A stretch of DNA of 41,770 nucleotides, from contig MHXE01000001.1 in the NCBI GenBank assembly GCA_001824375.1, forward strand, positions 1 through 41,770, given 5' to 3'. Both the position numbers and the translations under genes were made by a program. The notes under the pieces were generated by a model. The model searched no databases and had not been told where the DNA came from. It saw nothing but the letters and a program-made list of their open reading frames with translations. This DNA is from Parcubacteria group bacterium RIFCSPHIGHO2_02_FULL_40_12. Lineage in GTDB: Bacteria; Patescibacteriota; Minisyncoccia; 2-02-FULL-40-12. Of the stretch, positions 7,077-16,856 are shown piece after piece; positions within the stretch are counted from its first letter, which is position 1, and each line of letters starts with the position of its first letter.

Positions 7077-9839
7077 ATGGCCTTTCGCTGGACTCCTAAA
7101 TTTACTCAAGGCGATCCCTTTGACCAAATCAACTGGGTCAAACGGGACGCGAAAATCAGTTCTTCCGACGGAAGGGTTGTTTTTGAACAAAAAAATGTTG
7201 AAGTTCCGGAATTTTGGTCCCAGACCGCGACTGATATTGTCGTCTCAAAATATTTTTCCGGAAAAAAGAATTCTTCTGAAAGAGAAAGTTCAGTGAAACA
7301 ATTGATGAACCGCGTTGCAAAAACTATTTCAGGCTGGGGCATAAAAAATAGTTATTTTGAAAACGAAGAAAGCGCGAAAAATTTTGAAAATGATCTAAAA
7401 TGGCTCTTGGTTAATCAATATGCTTCGTTCAACAGCCCGGTTTGGTTCAATGTCGGAATAATAGACCACCCTCAATGCTCGGCTTGCTTCATCCTTTCGG
7501 TTGAAGACGATATGGATTCAATCCTGTATGACTGGTATGCGGTTGAAGGAAAGATTTTCAAGCTCGGCTCAGGCACAGGAATAAATATTTCAAATCTCCG
7601 TTCTTCAAAAGAATCTTTATCCAAAGGCGGAGTCGCTTCGGGCCCGGTTTCTTTCATGCAGGGAGCGGACGGCGTGGCGAATTCAATCAAATCAGGCGGC
7701 CGGACACGGCGCGCCGCAAAAATGGTAGTGCTGAATGCCGACCATCCAGACATAAAAGATTTTATCTACTGCAAACGCCTTATGGAAGATATGTCCCAAG
7801 TCTTGGCTCAAACCGGAAAATACGATACTTCAATCGAGGGCAAATTATTCTCAATCTACACTACCCTGCCTTTCCAGAACGCAAACAATTCTGTCCGGGT
7901 GACTGACGAATTTATGGAAAAAGTTTTGAATGACGAAATGTGGGATTTGAAAGCAGTTGCAACTGACGAGAGCTTGGAAAGAGTAAAGGCCCGTGAAATT
8001 TTAGAGTGGTGCGCAGATGCCGCTTGGCACAGCGCAGACCCGGGAATGCAATATGACACTGTTATCAATAAATGGCACACCTGCCCGAATTCAGGCCGGA
8101 TAAACGCTTCTAACCCTTGTAGTGAATATATGCATCTTGATAATTCAGCCTGCAATCTGGCTTCTTTAAACCTTTTAAGATACCTGAAGGATGATGGCAA
8201 TTTTGATACAGAACTTTTCAAAAAAGCGGTTGATGTAATGATTTTAGCCCAGGATATTTTAGTAGATAATTCTTCTTACCCGACCGAGAAAATAACTAAA
8301 AACGCCAGAAACTTCAGGCAATTAGGCCTTGGCTTTGCTAATCTAGGCTCTCTCTTAATGGCTCAGGGATTTCCTTATGACTCGAATGAAGGCCGGGCGA
8401 TGGCTGGTGCTATCTCGGCTTTATATAACGGCGAGGCTTATAAATTTTCGGCTGAAATTGCAGCTCATATTGGACCTTTTAATGGTTACCAAATAAATAA
8501 AGAACCGATGCTCAATGTTATCAAAATGCATCGTGATGAGGCCTATAAAATTTCTGAAGATTTAATTCAACAAAAAGAGCTTCTTAATGAAGCAAAAAAT
8601 GTCTGGGATAAAGCTTTGCTTCAAGGTCAGGAATTCGGATACCGCAATTCTCAGGTAAGCGTCATTGCTCCGACTGGCACAATTGCTTTTATGATGGACT
8701 GCGATACTACCGGGATTGAACCTGCAATCGCCTTGATATCTTATAAAAAACTTGTTGGCGGCGGAGTTTTAAAATTAGTAAACAATCAAGTGCCCCGAGC
8801 TTTGAAAAAACTTAATTATACTGAAAATGAAATAAAAGAAATAATTGACTACATCGATAAAAATGAAACTATTGAAGGGGCGCCTCATGTAAAAAATGAA
8901 CATCTTGCAGTTTTTGACTGTTCTTTTAAAGCAGTAAGAGGAACAAGGACAATAAACTATATGGGCCACCTTAAAATGATGGGCGCGGTTCAACCATTTG
9001 TTTCAGGTGCAATTTCAAAAACTATTAACTTCCCCAAAGAAGCAACCAGAGAAGACTTTTTTAACGCTTTTGTTAAAGCCTGGAAACTGGGGATTAAGGC
9101 AGTAGCATTTTATAGAGATGGTTCAAAAACTATTCAGCCATTAAATACGGAAAAAGAAGAAAAGAAAGTTATAGCGACAAAATTAGTCCGCCGCTACTTG
9201 CCCAGCGAAAGGCCCGCGATTCACCACAAATTCTCGATTGCCGGCCACGAGGGCTATATAAATGTCGGCATGTATCCGGAAGATTACAAAGTAGGCGAAA
9301 CTTTTATTAATATGGCCAAAGAAGGCTCAACCATTTCCGGTTTAATGGACACAATTGCGGTTCTGACATCGATTTCCCTTCAATATGGCATTCCCCTTAA
9401 GATATTGGTCAAGAAGATGAAGGATATGCGTTTTGAGCCAATGGGAATGACTGGCAATAAAGACATACCTTTTACAAGCTCAATCGTTGACTATGTCTTT
9501 AAATATCTGGGTATGAAGTTTCTGACTGATGAAGAAAAAGTAGAAATTTTTGGAACCGTTACCACGGCAAATAGCGGAGCTTTCCAGAACGGTAACGGCG
9601 CTCCGAAAATTGAATTAAAACCGACCCCGCCAAGTTTAGGCGGACCAAACGGACTTGAAACCATAATGGCTAAATTTACGGAAGCTCAAGAAAAAGAAGA
9701 ACAAGAAAAAATCCAGCCTTCTTTGACTTTATCTGAAACCGAGAATTCTCTCTGCGCCCGCTGCGGCTACATAATGTACCGCGCCGGGACCTGTTTGCTC
9801 TGTAAGAACTGCGGCGAAGTCACCGGCGTCTGCTCGTAA
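7077..9839 (+). CDS. nrdJ: adenosylcobalamin-dependent (class II) ribonucleotide reductase
   Basis: Motifs CSACFIL and NPCSEY. 920 aa with a C-terminal Cys-rich zinc-ribbon tail, CARCGY...CLLCKNCG. Confidence 0.9.
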   Translation: MAFRWTPKFTQGDPFDQINWVKRDAKISSSDGRVVFEQKNVEVPEFWSQTATDIVVSKYFSGKKNSSERESSVKQLMNRVAKTISGWGIKNSYFENEESAKNFENDLKWLLVNQYASFNSPVWFNVGIIDHPQCSACFILSVEDDMDSILYDWYAVEGKIFKLGSGTGINISNLRSSKESLSKGGVASGPVSFMQGADGVANSIKSGGRTRRAAKMVVLNADHPDIKDFIYCKRLMEDMSQVLAQTGKYDTSIEGKLFSIYTTLPFQNANNSVRVTDEFMEKVLNDEMWDLKAVATDESLERVKAREILEWCADAAWHSADPGMQYDTVINKWHTCPNSGRINASNPCSEYMHLDNSACNLASLNLLRYLKDDGNFDTELFKKAVDVMILAQDILVDNSSYPTEKITKNARNFRQLGLGFANLGSLLMAQGFPYDSNEGRAMAGAISALYNGEAYKFSAEIAAHIGPFNGYQINKEPMLNVIKMHRDEAYKISEDLIQQKELLNEAKNVWDKALLQGQEFGYRNSQVSVIAPTGTIAFMMDCDTTGIEPAIALISYKKLVGGGVLKLVNNQVPRALKKLNYTENEIKEIIDYIDKNETIEGAPHVKNEHLAVFDCSFKAVRGTRTINYMGHLKMMGAVQPFVSGAISKTINFPKEATREDFFNAFVKAWKLGIKAVAFYRDGSKTIQPLNTEKEEKKVIATKLVRRYLPSERPAIHHKFSIAGHEGYINVGMYPEDYKVGETFINMAKEGSTISGLMDTIAVLTSISLQYGIPLKILVKKMKDMRFEPMGMTGNKDIPFTSSIVDYVFKYLGMKFLTDEEKVEIFGTVTTANSGAFQNGNGAPKIELKPTPPSLGGPNGLETIMAKFTEAQEKEEQEKIQPSLTLSETENSLCARCGYIMYRAGTCLLCKNCGEVTGVCS

Positions 9840-9842
9840 AGA

Positions 9843-11624
9843 TTATTTCTTGAGTATCTCTAAATAAACTTCCTGAGGAATCTCAACTCTGCCGCTGCCG
9901 GTTTCTTTGAGCCGCTCCTTGCCGCGTTTTTGCTTTTCCAAAAGCTTCTTCTTTCTCGTCACATCACCCCCGTACAAATAGCCGGTAACGTCTTTTCTCC
10001 GGGCCTTAATCGTTTCCCGGGCAATAATCTTTCCGCCAATCGCCGCTTGCAAAGCCAGACTAAAAAGTTGAGGCGGCATAATATCTTTTAATTTTTCAAC
10101 TACTCTCTTTCCTTCCTGATAAGAGCTCTCTCGGGGCACAATCCGCGAAAATGGTTCAACAGCTTCGCCGCCGATTAAAATATCCATCTTAACCAAATCA
10201 GATTTCTGAAAATCGGTGAATTTATAATTCATTGAGGCAAAGCCGGAGCTGACACTTTTCAGCTTGTCGTAAAAATCAATAATTATTTCAGCCAAAGGCA
10301 CGCGGTATTTCAAAATAATCGCAGTAGAAGTCAGATAATTTGTTTCAAGATATTGAGCCCGATAATCAGGCATCAATTTCATTATTTGCCCGAGATACTG
10401 GCTTGGAGCCAAAATTTCAATCTCTACCATTGGCTCTAAAATTATATCTATTTGACTCAAGTCAGGAAGTTTTGAAGCAGACCGGATTATAATTTCCCTA
10501 CCCTCTCTATTTCTAACCTTATACTCAACCGACGGAGAAGTAATGATTAAATCCAAGCCAAAGTCTCTTTTAAGACGCTCTGAAACGATCTCGGCATGAA
10601 GCATTCCCAAAAAACCGCAGCGAAAACCAGGACCTAACGCATCCGAATGCTCCGGCTCAAAACGCAACGAAGAATCCTGAAGCTTTAACTTTTCCAAAGA
10701 TTCTTTAAAATAACCGAAGTTATCGGCGTTTCTGGGATACAGCGAAGCGAAAACAAAAGGATTCGGCTCTTCATAACCCGCTAAAGCAGCAGCTTCAACC
10801 CCAGCCAAAACAACGGTATCCCCTACCCTCACTTGAGAAATATCTTTTAAGCCAGTAGCGATATAGCCGATCTCGCCGTCGTTCAAGCTTTCTGATTTTT
10901 CCAAATCGGGCTTAAAATAGCCGACCTCAATAACTTCGGCGGCAGCTTTCTGAACAGCAAATTTAATTTTATCTCCGGCTTTAACTTTACCGTTAAAAAT
11001 CCTGACATAAGCGATTATCCCTTTATAGATGTCAAACTTTGAATCAAAAATAAGAGCCTGCAGAGATTCGCCTTTCTGGCTTGGAGAAGGGACTTTTTCT
11101 ATTACAGCTTTTAAAATATCTTCAATCCCTGTTCCAATCTTAGCTGAAATTTTAAAAATTTCTTCTTTTTCCGCGCCGGTTAGATTAATTATTTCCTCTT
11201 CCACTTTCTCTATCTGGGCATTTGGCAAATCAATCTTGTTTATCACCGGAATTATTTTTAAATTCTGCTTCAAGGCAAAGTTATAGTTTGAAAGGGTCTG
11301 GGCCTGAATGCCTTTAGTCGCATCAACCAAAAGAATCGCCCCTTCAACTGCAGCCAAGGACCGCGAAACTTCGTAATAAAAATCAACATGCCCGGGCGTG
11401 TCAATCAAATTCAAAATATAGTCTTGACCTCCCAGTTTATACTTCATTCTTACCGGCTGGAGTTTTATCGTAATGCCTCGCTCCCTTTCAAGAGGATGCA
11501 TATCCAAAAACTGCTCCTGCATTTTTCTTTTTTCAATTGTTCCGGTCAATTCCAAAAACCGGTCCGCTAATGTGGACTTGCCAGAGTCTATATGCGCAAT
11601 AATACAGAAGTTTCGGACGTTCAC
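9843..11624 (-). CDS. lepA: translation elongation factor 4 (LepA)
   Basis: [28 protein letters not shown] and the LepA-specific C-terminal domain. Confidence 0.95.
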   Translation of the reverse strand: MNVRNFCIIAHIDSGKSTLADRFLELTGTIEKRKMQEQFLDMHPLERERGITIKLQPVRMKYKLGGQDYILNLIDTPGHVDFYYEVSRSLAAVEGAILLVDATKGIQAQTLSNYNFALKQNLKIIPVINKIDLPNAQIEKVEEEIINLTGAEKEEIFKISAKIGTGIEDILKAVIEKVPSPSQKGESLQALIFDSKFDIYKGIIAYVRIFNGKVKAGDKIKFAVQKAAAEVIEVGYFKPDLEKSESLNDGEIGYIATGLKDISQVRVGDTVVLAGVEAAALAGYEEPNPFVFASLYPRNADNFGYFKESLEKLKLQDSSLRFEPEHSDALGPGFRCGFLGMLHAEIVSERLKRDFGLDLIITSPSVEYKVRNREGREIIIRSASKLPDLSQIDIILEPMVEIEILAPSQYLGQIMKLMPDYRAQYLETNYLTSTAIILKYRVPLAEIIIDFYDKLKSVSSGFASMNYKFTDFQKSDLVKMDILIGGEAVEPFSRIVPRESSYQEGKRVVEKLKDIMPPQLFSLALQAAIGGKIIARETIKARRKDVTGYLYGGDVTRKKKLLEKQKRGKERLKETGSGRVEIPQEVYLEILKK

Positions 11625-14161
11625 TCCAAAACAATATTCTTATCCGAATAGAGGCTTTCGTCAAATAAACTTTTATTATTAAAAGTCAGTTTAAAATCGC
11701 TTTTCAGGCCCGGCTGTTTCTGGACATAAATTCTTTTTTGAGTTGAGGTCTTGTATTTTATTCTGACAGTCTTAGTCTGTCCGGATTCAACAATCATCCA
11801 AAAAGCAATGATTTTTTTACCGCCTTCACTGAAAATCTCTACGCCTCCGGTTTTCTGGATTTTCGATTCATATCTTTCCAAATCAGGATCAGAAATAAAA
11901 CCATTTTGTCTGTAATCCAACAAAGGGCTGAATTCAAATGAATCATTCCCGCTTATCTCAATCAATTCCGCATCGTCAGGCAAAAGAACTCTGACATAGT
12001 CATTGTTTTTCTTATTGTGAAAACCAAGCTCACCGCCTTTATGCGATCTCCTGATTTCCAAATTATGCAAACTATCTTCAGAATTACCTATATTCAAAGA
12101 AACAAAATTATCAATCACCGCATCTGTTTTTGAACCCATAATATTGGCGTGACTGACCATAAGATAATCTGCATTTGGCAAATCCTTTATTTCCCCGGCA
12201 AAACCGTTTAACAAGGCAAAATCCTGCAAACGGCTGTCAGTAAAGTAAGCTAAAATATCTTTGTTTTCGATTCCTGAAACAAAAACATTAAATACTTTCA
12301 TCCATTCTTCTTGATTTAATGCCGACAGCCTCTCAAGTAATTTAGGGGCAAATTCAACCAAAACCTGCTTAGGCCTATTCTCGCCCTTAGTTCTTTGGTA
12401 TTCCACTTCTTTCTGGACTTCGGCTATAAAGTTATCAGAATTCAGGGTTATCCCGAATTCAACCATTTCAATCGGCCCGGTTATTTTTAAAATTTCCGGA
12501 ACTAAGTCAACATTAACCGCCGCAACTCCGTCAACCAAGATTTTAGTGTCTTTGTAATAAAACTCGGCAATCTTTTTGGCTGAAGCTTGAAAATCAATAA
12601 ACCAATTGGCGTCTCGCATCCCCCAGTTAGCCGTAACTTTCTGAAGCGGCTGAGGTGGAATTATTTTATCCTTCATCTGGCCGTCAGGATTATAAATGTC
12701 ATCGACAAAAAATTCTTTCATTACTCCCTTGTCAAATTCAATCAAGGCATAAGAACCGGGAAAACCGCCAGTCGGCCTTAATTCAGAAGTATTCTGGAAT
12801 AAAAGAACATATTTTTGATTAGTTGACTGGCCAAGCATCGTCATCAACGCATCAGAGTAATTAATTGCCTTTTCTATAAAACCATTAAACTCCGGCAATC
12901 TTATTTTAAACTCATCAAATTTTTCTTTTTCAGATTCAGGGATAAGAACGCTGTCAGAACCTGCGATAAGGCTGGCGGCTTGATTTAAATTCCTGGATGC
13001 TTGGATTGTATTTAACCTAAATCCTCTTAAAACTTCTAAAATATTCGTTTGGCTTCCTGACTGAATAATTGATATAAGATTTACTTCTGAAATTTTCTTA
13101 AGCGCATCGGCCAAATCCAAACCGGCTCGTGAAATCAATTTCCCTGCCTCGACTAAATTTGAAGTATCGGAAATGCCGCCAAGAGTGACTCTATCCAAAA
13201 CTTTGAAAATGGCGCTGGCGTTTTTAAGATCTTCGTGCATCAATTCAAAATTTTTGGCGGCTAAGGTAAATGTGCTGGCCGCTTCAAAAAATTTGAATTC
13301 GGAAATATTATTTTGGACATCATTTAAATTTATATAAGCCTGATTGCTTCTTTGAAGGATATTATTTTTTAAAATTGAAGTTTTAACCGATAAAAAAGTC
13401 AAAACAAAAGTGACGGCAAGGCAAAATGTAAAAAGAAGAATAGATCTTGAAGTTTTTTCTTTTCCAACAGCTTCGCTGTCGAGGATTCTTGATGCCGAAG
13501 ACATCGGTCTAGCCGTATCAGCCAATGTCTTGAAATTACCCAAGGTCACTTCTAATTCTCTTGCCGCCGGAGAAAGGTCTAAAACTGGCGATCTTTTTTT
13601 ACTCTCCGACAAATTAACTTCAGAACCCCACCCCTCACTTGAGCGCAAGTAAGGGGCCCAAGACAAGTAAGGCGGCGGTGAAATTAATTTTGCTTCTTTA
13701 TTAGTTTTTTGAATTGGAGTTGGAGCGGAATAGCTGGAAAATATTTTAGAAAATTCGTTTCTGAATTTTTCCAAATTTTCTCCGTCTTCAGAACTAAAAT
13801 CAAATGCATCCTCTTTTAAACTTAAGATGGAAGAAAGCTTAGGGCGGATTACTCTTGAAGAACTGACTAATTTCCCGCCAAACGATTCAATTTCTTTATT
13901 GAAATCGATATTCTCCGAAAGAGTTGATTCTAACTCTAATAACGCTTCCTTCACATTGAGTAAAGAATTTCTCTTAGTTGAAATAGCGTCAAATATATCA
14001 GAATGAGATTTTTCTTGAGGAATGATTTTATTTTTTTCCTTTAAGCCATTTAAGTTAACTATTGATTTAAGACTATTTATCCAATCAAAATTAACCCTTT
14101 TAATTGCCGGGTCAACTGGCCTAACATCAAAAAGAGCAAAAGTGATGTTTTGCTTGGGCAC
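11621..14161 (-). CDS. DUF4012-family membrane-anchored protein with a long N-terminal low-complexity region
   Basis: Single TM (ILLFTFCLAVTFVLTFLSV) after ~235 aa. The NTSELRPTGGFPGSYALIEF motif matches the DUF4012 core as I recall it. Confidence 0.6.
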   Translation of the reverse strand: MPKQNITFALFDVRPVDPAIKRVNFDWINSLKSIVNLNGLKEKNKIIPQEKSHSDIFDAISTKRNSLLNVKEALLELESTLSENIDFNKEIESFGGKLVSSSRVIRPKLSSILSLKEDAFDFSSEDGENLEKFRNEFSKIFSSYSAPTPIQKTNKEAKLISPPPYLSWAPYLRSSEGWGSEVNLSESKKRSPVLDLSPAARELEVTLGNFKTLADTARPMSSASRILDSEAVGKEKTSRSILLFTFCLAVTFVLTFLSVKTSILKNNILQRSNQAYINLNDVQNNISEFKFFEAASTFTLAAKNFELMHEDLKNASAIFKVLDRVTLGGISDTSNLVEAGKLISRAGLDLADALKKISEVNLISIIQSGSQTNILEVLRGFRLNTIQASRNLNQAASLIAGSDSVLIPESEKEKFDEFKIRLPEFNGFIEKAINYSDALMTMLGQSTNQKYVLLFQNTSELRPTGGFPGSYALIEFDKGVMKEFFVDDIYNPDGQMKDKIIPPQPLQKVTANWGMRDANWFIDFQASAKKIAEFYYKDTKILVDGVAAVNVDLVPEILKITGPIEMVEFGITLNSDNFIAEVQKEVEYQRTKGENRPKQVLVEFAPKLLERLSALNQEEWMKVFNVFVSGIENKDILAYFTDSRLQDFALLNGFAGEIKDLPNADYLMVSHANIMGSKTDAVIDNFVSLNIGNSEDSLHNLEIRRSHKGGELGFHNKKNNDYVRVLLPDDAELIEISGNDSFEFSPLLDYRQNGFISDPDLERYESKIQKTGGVEIFSEGGKKIIAFWMIVESGQTKTVRIKYKTSTQKRIYVQKQPGLKSDFKLTFNNKSLFDESLYSDKNIVLE

Positions 14162-14187
14162 TAAACATAGTATATGGAATTGTTAAT

Positions 14188-14223
14188 AAAAACGAAATGG
14201 CTCCTATCTTTTTAATAGGAGCC
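14188..14223 (-). terminator. probable intrinsic terminator of the 98-aa membrane protein gene
   Basis: 9-bp stem GGCTCCTAT/ATAGGAGCC that includes the stop codon, followed by ATTTCGTTTTT. Confidence 0.45.
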
Positions 14224-14508
14224 TTTATGGTTGCCAGATGGATCACTGAATAACCGCTGAAGCGCTGAATCAACAATCTTCGGTAAGAAAAACCCAATTA
14301 GAGAAATCAGGGTTACTGCAGTTATGGCAACATTGACCGATAATCCGCCGGCCTTAAGCGACAAAAAGGCTGCTAGACTGCAACATAACCACAGCACTAC
14401 CCCGACCTTCCTTTGTCCAAAATATGCAACTGAATTTATGGATACCAGCCATGCCCAGCCGAATGTCATGACCAAAAGCAGAACTGAAAAGAACGAAAAA
14501 ATGAACAT
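14212..14508 (-). CDS. small integral membrane protein (3 predicted TM helices), function unknown
   Basis: Hydrophobic profile only. Confidence 0.45.
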   Translation of the reverse strand: MFIFSFFSVLLLVMTFGWAWLVSINSVAYFGQRKVGVVLWLCCSLAAFLSLKAGGLSVNVAITAVTLISLIGFFLPKIVDSALQRLFSDPSGNHKGSY

Positions 14509-14556
14509 CTGCCCACCTCCTTTATTGAAAATACAACTATTTATAAACTATATCAA

Positions 14557-15618
14557 TTATATTATAAATTTTTGGATTTTATCTTTAAAAATTTCTTTAT
14601 CAAACTTTTTTACGCTTTCTTTTATTTTTTTTGAATCGAATTCTTTGTGATTAAAACTATTTATTGCACCGAATAAAGAACCTGCTGTTTGTTCATCAAA
14701 AAATAATCCCGTTTCTCCTTCTTCAACTGTCTCCGGTGCTCCGCCGCCTCGATAAGCAATCACTGGACGGCCCGAAGCCATTGCTTCAAGGAGCGCAATG
14801 CCGAAATCCTCTTCCTGGGGGAATATCAACGCCTTGCAGCCGGCATAGTATTTTGGCAGTTCGCTTTCTGAAACCCGGCCAAGAAATTTTACATTATTCA
14901 CTTTTAACTTTTGGCTTTTAGCTTTTAGCTTTTTAAGTTCCGGCCCGTCGCCGATGATTAGTAATTTTTCATCCGGCAATTTGCTGAATGCCTCAATCGC
15001 AATATCAAAACGCTTATACGGCACCATCCGGCCAACCATCAAAAAATACTCTTTGGGCTTTTTTGAAACATAAAATTTCACCGTCTCAAGAGGCGGATAA
15101 ATCACTTTTGATTCGCGGCCATAATATTTTTTAATCCTTTGCCGGACATTTTCAGAATCGGCAATGAAGTAATTAGGCCTCTGGGCAGCCTGGTAATCCC
15201 AGATTCTCAAATAAGCCAGAAGAAGTTGGGAGAAGGGCTTTAAGGGCAGTCCGGCGTCATGCCAAAGATAACGGGTCGGAGTCAGGCAATAGCAGATATG
15301 CTTCGTGGCTGGTTTGGTAATTATCCCTTTGCCGAATGAATGCGAAACGGAAATAACCAAGTCAAAATCGGATAAATCGAACTGCTCAATCGCCAAAGGC
15401 ATCAGCCAAATTAAACTCCGAAAAAACTTTTTGGCGCCCGGGATTTTCTGTAAAAAAGAAGTGCGAATTTTTCTGCCTTTGAAAACTCCGCCAGTCGCTT
15501 TTTCGTCATAGACCAAAGTATAAACCGGCGCCGACGGAAACATCTCGCAAAGCGCCGCCAAAACCCTCTCCCCACCGCCTAATTGAGTCAGATAATCATG
15601 GACTAAGGCGATTTTCAT
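14557..15618 (-). CDS. glycosyltransferase family 4 (GT-B, retaining)
   Basis: MKIALVHDYLTQLGGGERV N-terminus. E-x7-E region EDFGIALLEAMASGRPVIAYRGGGAPETV. Confidence 0.85.
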   Translation of the reverse strand: MKIALVHDYLTQLGGGERVLAALCEMFPSAPVYTLVYDEKATGGVFKGRKIRTSFLQKIPGAKKFFRSLIWLMPLAIEQFDLSDFDLVISVSHSFGKGIITKPATKHICYCLTPTRYLWHDAGLPLKPFSQLLLAYLRIWDYQAAQRPNYFIADSENVRQRIKKYYGRESKVIYPPLETVKFYVSKKPKEYFLMVGRMVPYKRFDIAIEAFSKLPDEKLLIIGDGPELKKLKAKSQKLKVNNVKFLGRVSESELPKYYAGCKALIFPQEEDFGIALLEAMASGRPVIAYRGGGAPETVEEGETGLFFDEQTAGSLFGAINSFNHKEFDSKKIKESVKKFDKEIFKDKIQKFII

Positions 15619-16260
15619 ATAATTTTATCTTCTAAAACTCTATTCCTTAATTTATAAGTATTACCCCATTTCATCAATCCCAGATAAGAATTAAGAGTTT
15701 CCATAGTTTGTGATTTTCGTAACTGCCTCAACATTCTTCTCTTAGTAGTAGTCCTCAAAACTCTATAATAATGGAAATTAATCCAGCCCAGAAAATCAAC
15801 GCCCGAAGCCAGAGTTTTAATGAAAATCTTGTCTGGGTGGATTTTTAATTTTAATCTCTCGGATAAAAACTTCTTAATCGGCTCAATCTGATTTTCCAGC
15901 CAATTCTTATCATCCGATAAAATCACAAAATCATCAGCATATCTGATGTAACATCTGACTCTTAACTTATGGTTCCGGCTTACTTTGCAACCAAATGAAC
16001 AAAAACGATTTAACGCTTTATGAGTTCCTTTATCATTCCGACAGGAGAAAGAATCACTGATAAATGTTCTATCAAAGAAAGGATACAAGATTCTGTAAAT
16101 GGCGTGGTGTAATAACCTGTCTTTGACACTGGCTTTATGGATGTTTCTGGGTTTGGGGTCGTTTATCTTAAAAGCCTTGTAGCCGCCATGGTTATATTGG
16201 AATTCCTGAACATCTTTTTTCTTCCTTTTGCCTCTCAAATAATTTTTGAAAAAGAAAACG
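15615..16260 (-). pseudogene. DGR-type reverse transcriptase relic (N-terminus and motifs 3/4 deleted in frame; YADD and thumb retained)
   Basis: RGKRKKKDV, INDPKPRNIHKASVKDRLLHHAIY, SDSFSCRNDKGTHKAL, YIRYADDFVILS and GVDFLGW match DGR RTs. There is no motif with the first catalytic Asp and no (I/L)GxxxSQ motif. There is no ATG in frame. The track ORF continues to 16361 only by reading through the upstream terminator. Confidence 0.7.
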
Positions 16261-16286
16261 GGTCGGTTGAAAACTCCAACCGACCC
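16249..16286 (-). terminator. intrinsic terminator of the high-GC 156-aa gene
   Basis: 10-bp stem GGGTCGGTTG/CAACCGACCC with a 7-nt loop, followed by GTTTTCTTTTTC on the minus strand. Confidence 0.7.
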
Positions 16287-16324
16287 GCAGGATCCAAGGA
16301 CCAAAAGTCCAAGAATCCAGGTGC

Positions 16325-16795
16325 CTATACTTGCGAGACGACCCGGCGGCCCTGACCCCACCCATTCGGACCCGCCACCGAGCGAGCGAACACGAACCAG
16401 CCGCCGCTGCCGACGAACCAGAACGCGCGCACGGCCCAGACCCCATTTCTACCGTTAAGGTAGAAAATGAACCACTCCGAGCTCTCGCGGTTTTCCGAGA
16501 GAAACGCGCAGAGCTGGGATACGGAAATCTCGGCCTTGTCGCCGAGCTCAGCCAGGATGGAAGCATCAAGCGATACTTCCTCGAGCTTGCGGACGGCAAG
16601 CTCGATCTCCTTGGTCGCTGGCAAGTCCAGACCATAGAACTCGGCCTGAAAGATATCGTTAGCCCACACCACCCCGGCCTCCTCGAAGTATTCCTCGGAG
16701 GTGGTCACGGCTGGCTGGGCGGATACGCGCACCGTGCGAAGGAAAGTGAGAATTGACTTTACCACCTCCGATGCCTGCCGACTGGTCATGACCAT
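16325..16795 (-). CDS. hypothetical 156-aa protein on a high-GC island; the C-terminus resembles a C-type-lectin-fold DGR variable region
   Basis: AAGGAG lies 7 nt upstream of the ATG and a terminator lies downstream. Amino-acid composition is balanced, unlike the overlapping frames. The C-terminus reads NGVWAVRAFWFVGSGGWFVFARSVAGPNGWGQGRRVV. Confidence 0.65.
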   Translation of the reverse strand: MVMTSRQASEVVKSILTFLRTVRVSAQPAVTTSEEYFEEAGVVWANDIFQAEFYGLDLPATKEIELAVRKLEEVSLDASILAELGDKAEISVSQLCAFLSENRESSEWFIFYLNGRNGVWAVRAFWFVGSGGWFVFARSVAGPNGWGQGRRVVSQV

Positions 16796-16856
16796 AACTC
16801 GTCTCCTTTTCTGACTTGTCCCTTTCGGACATGTCCGCTAAATGACTACCTTCATG

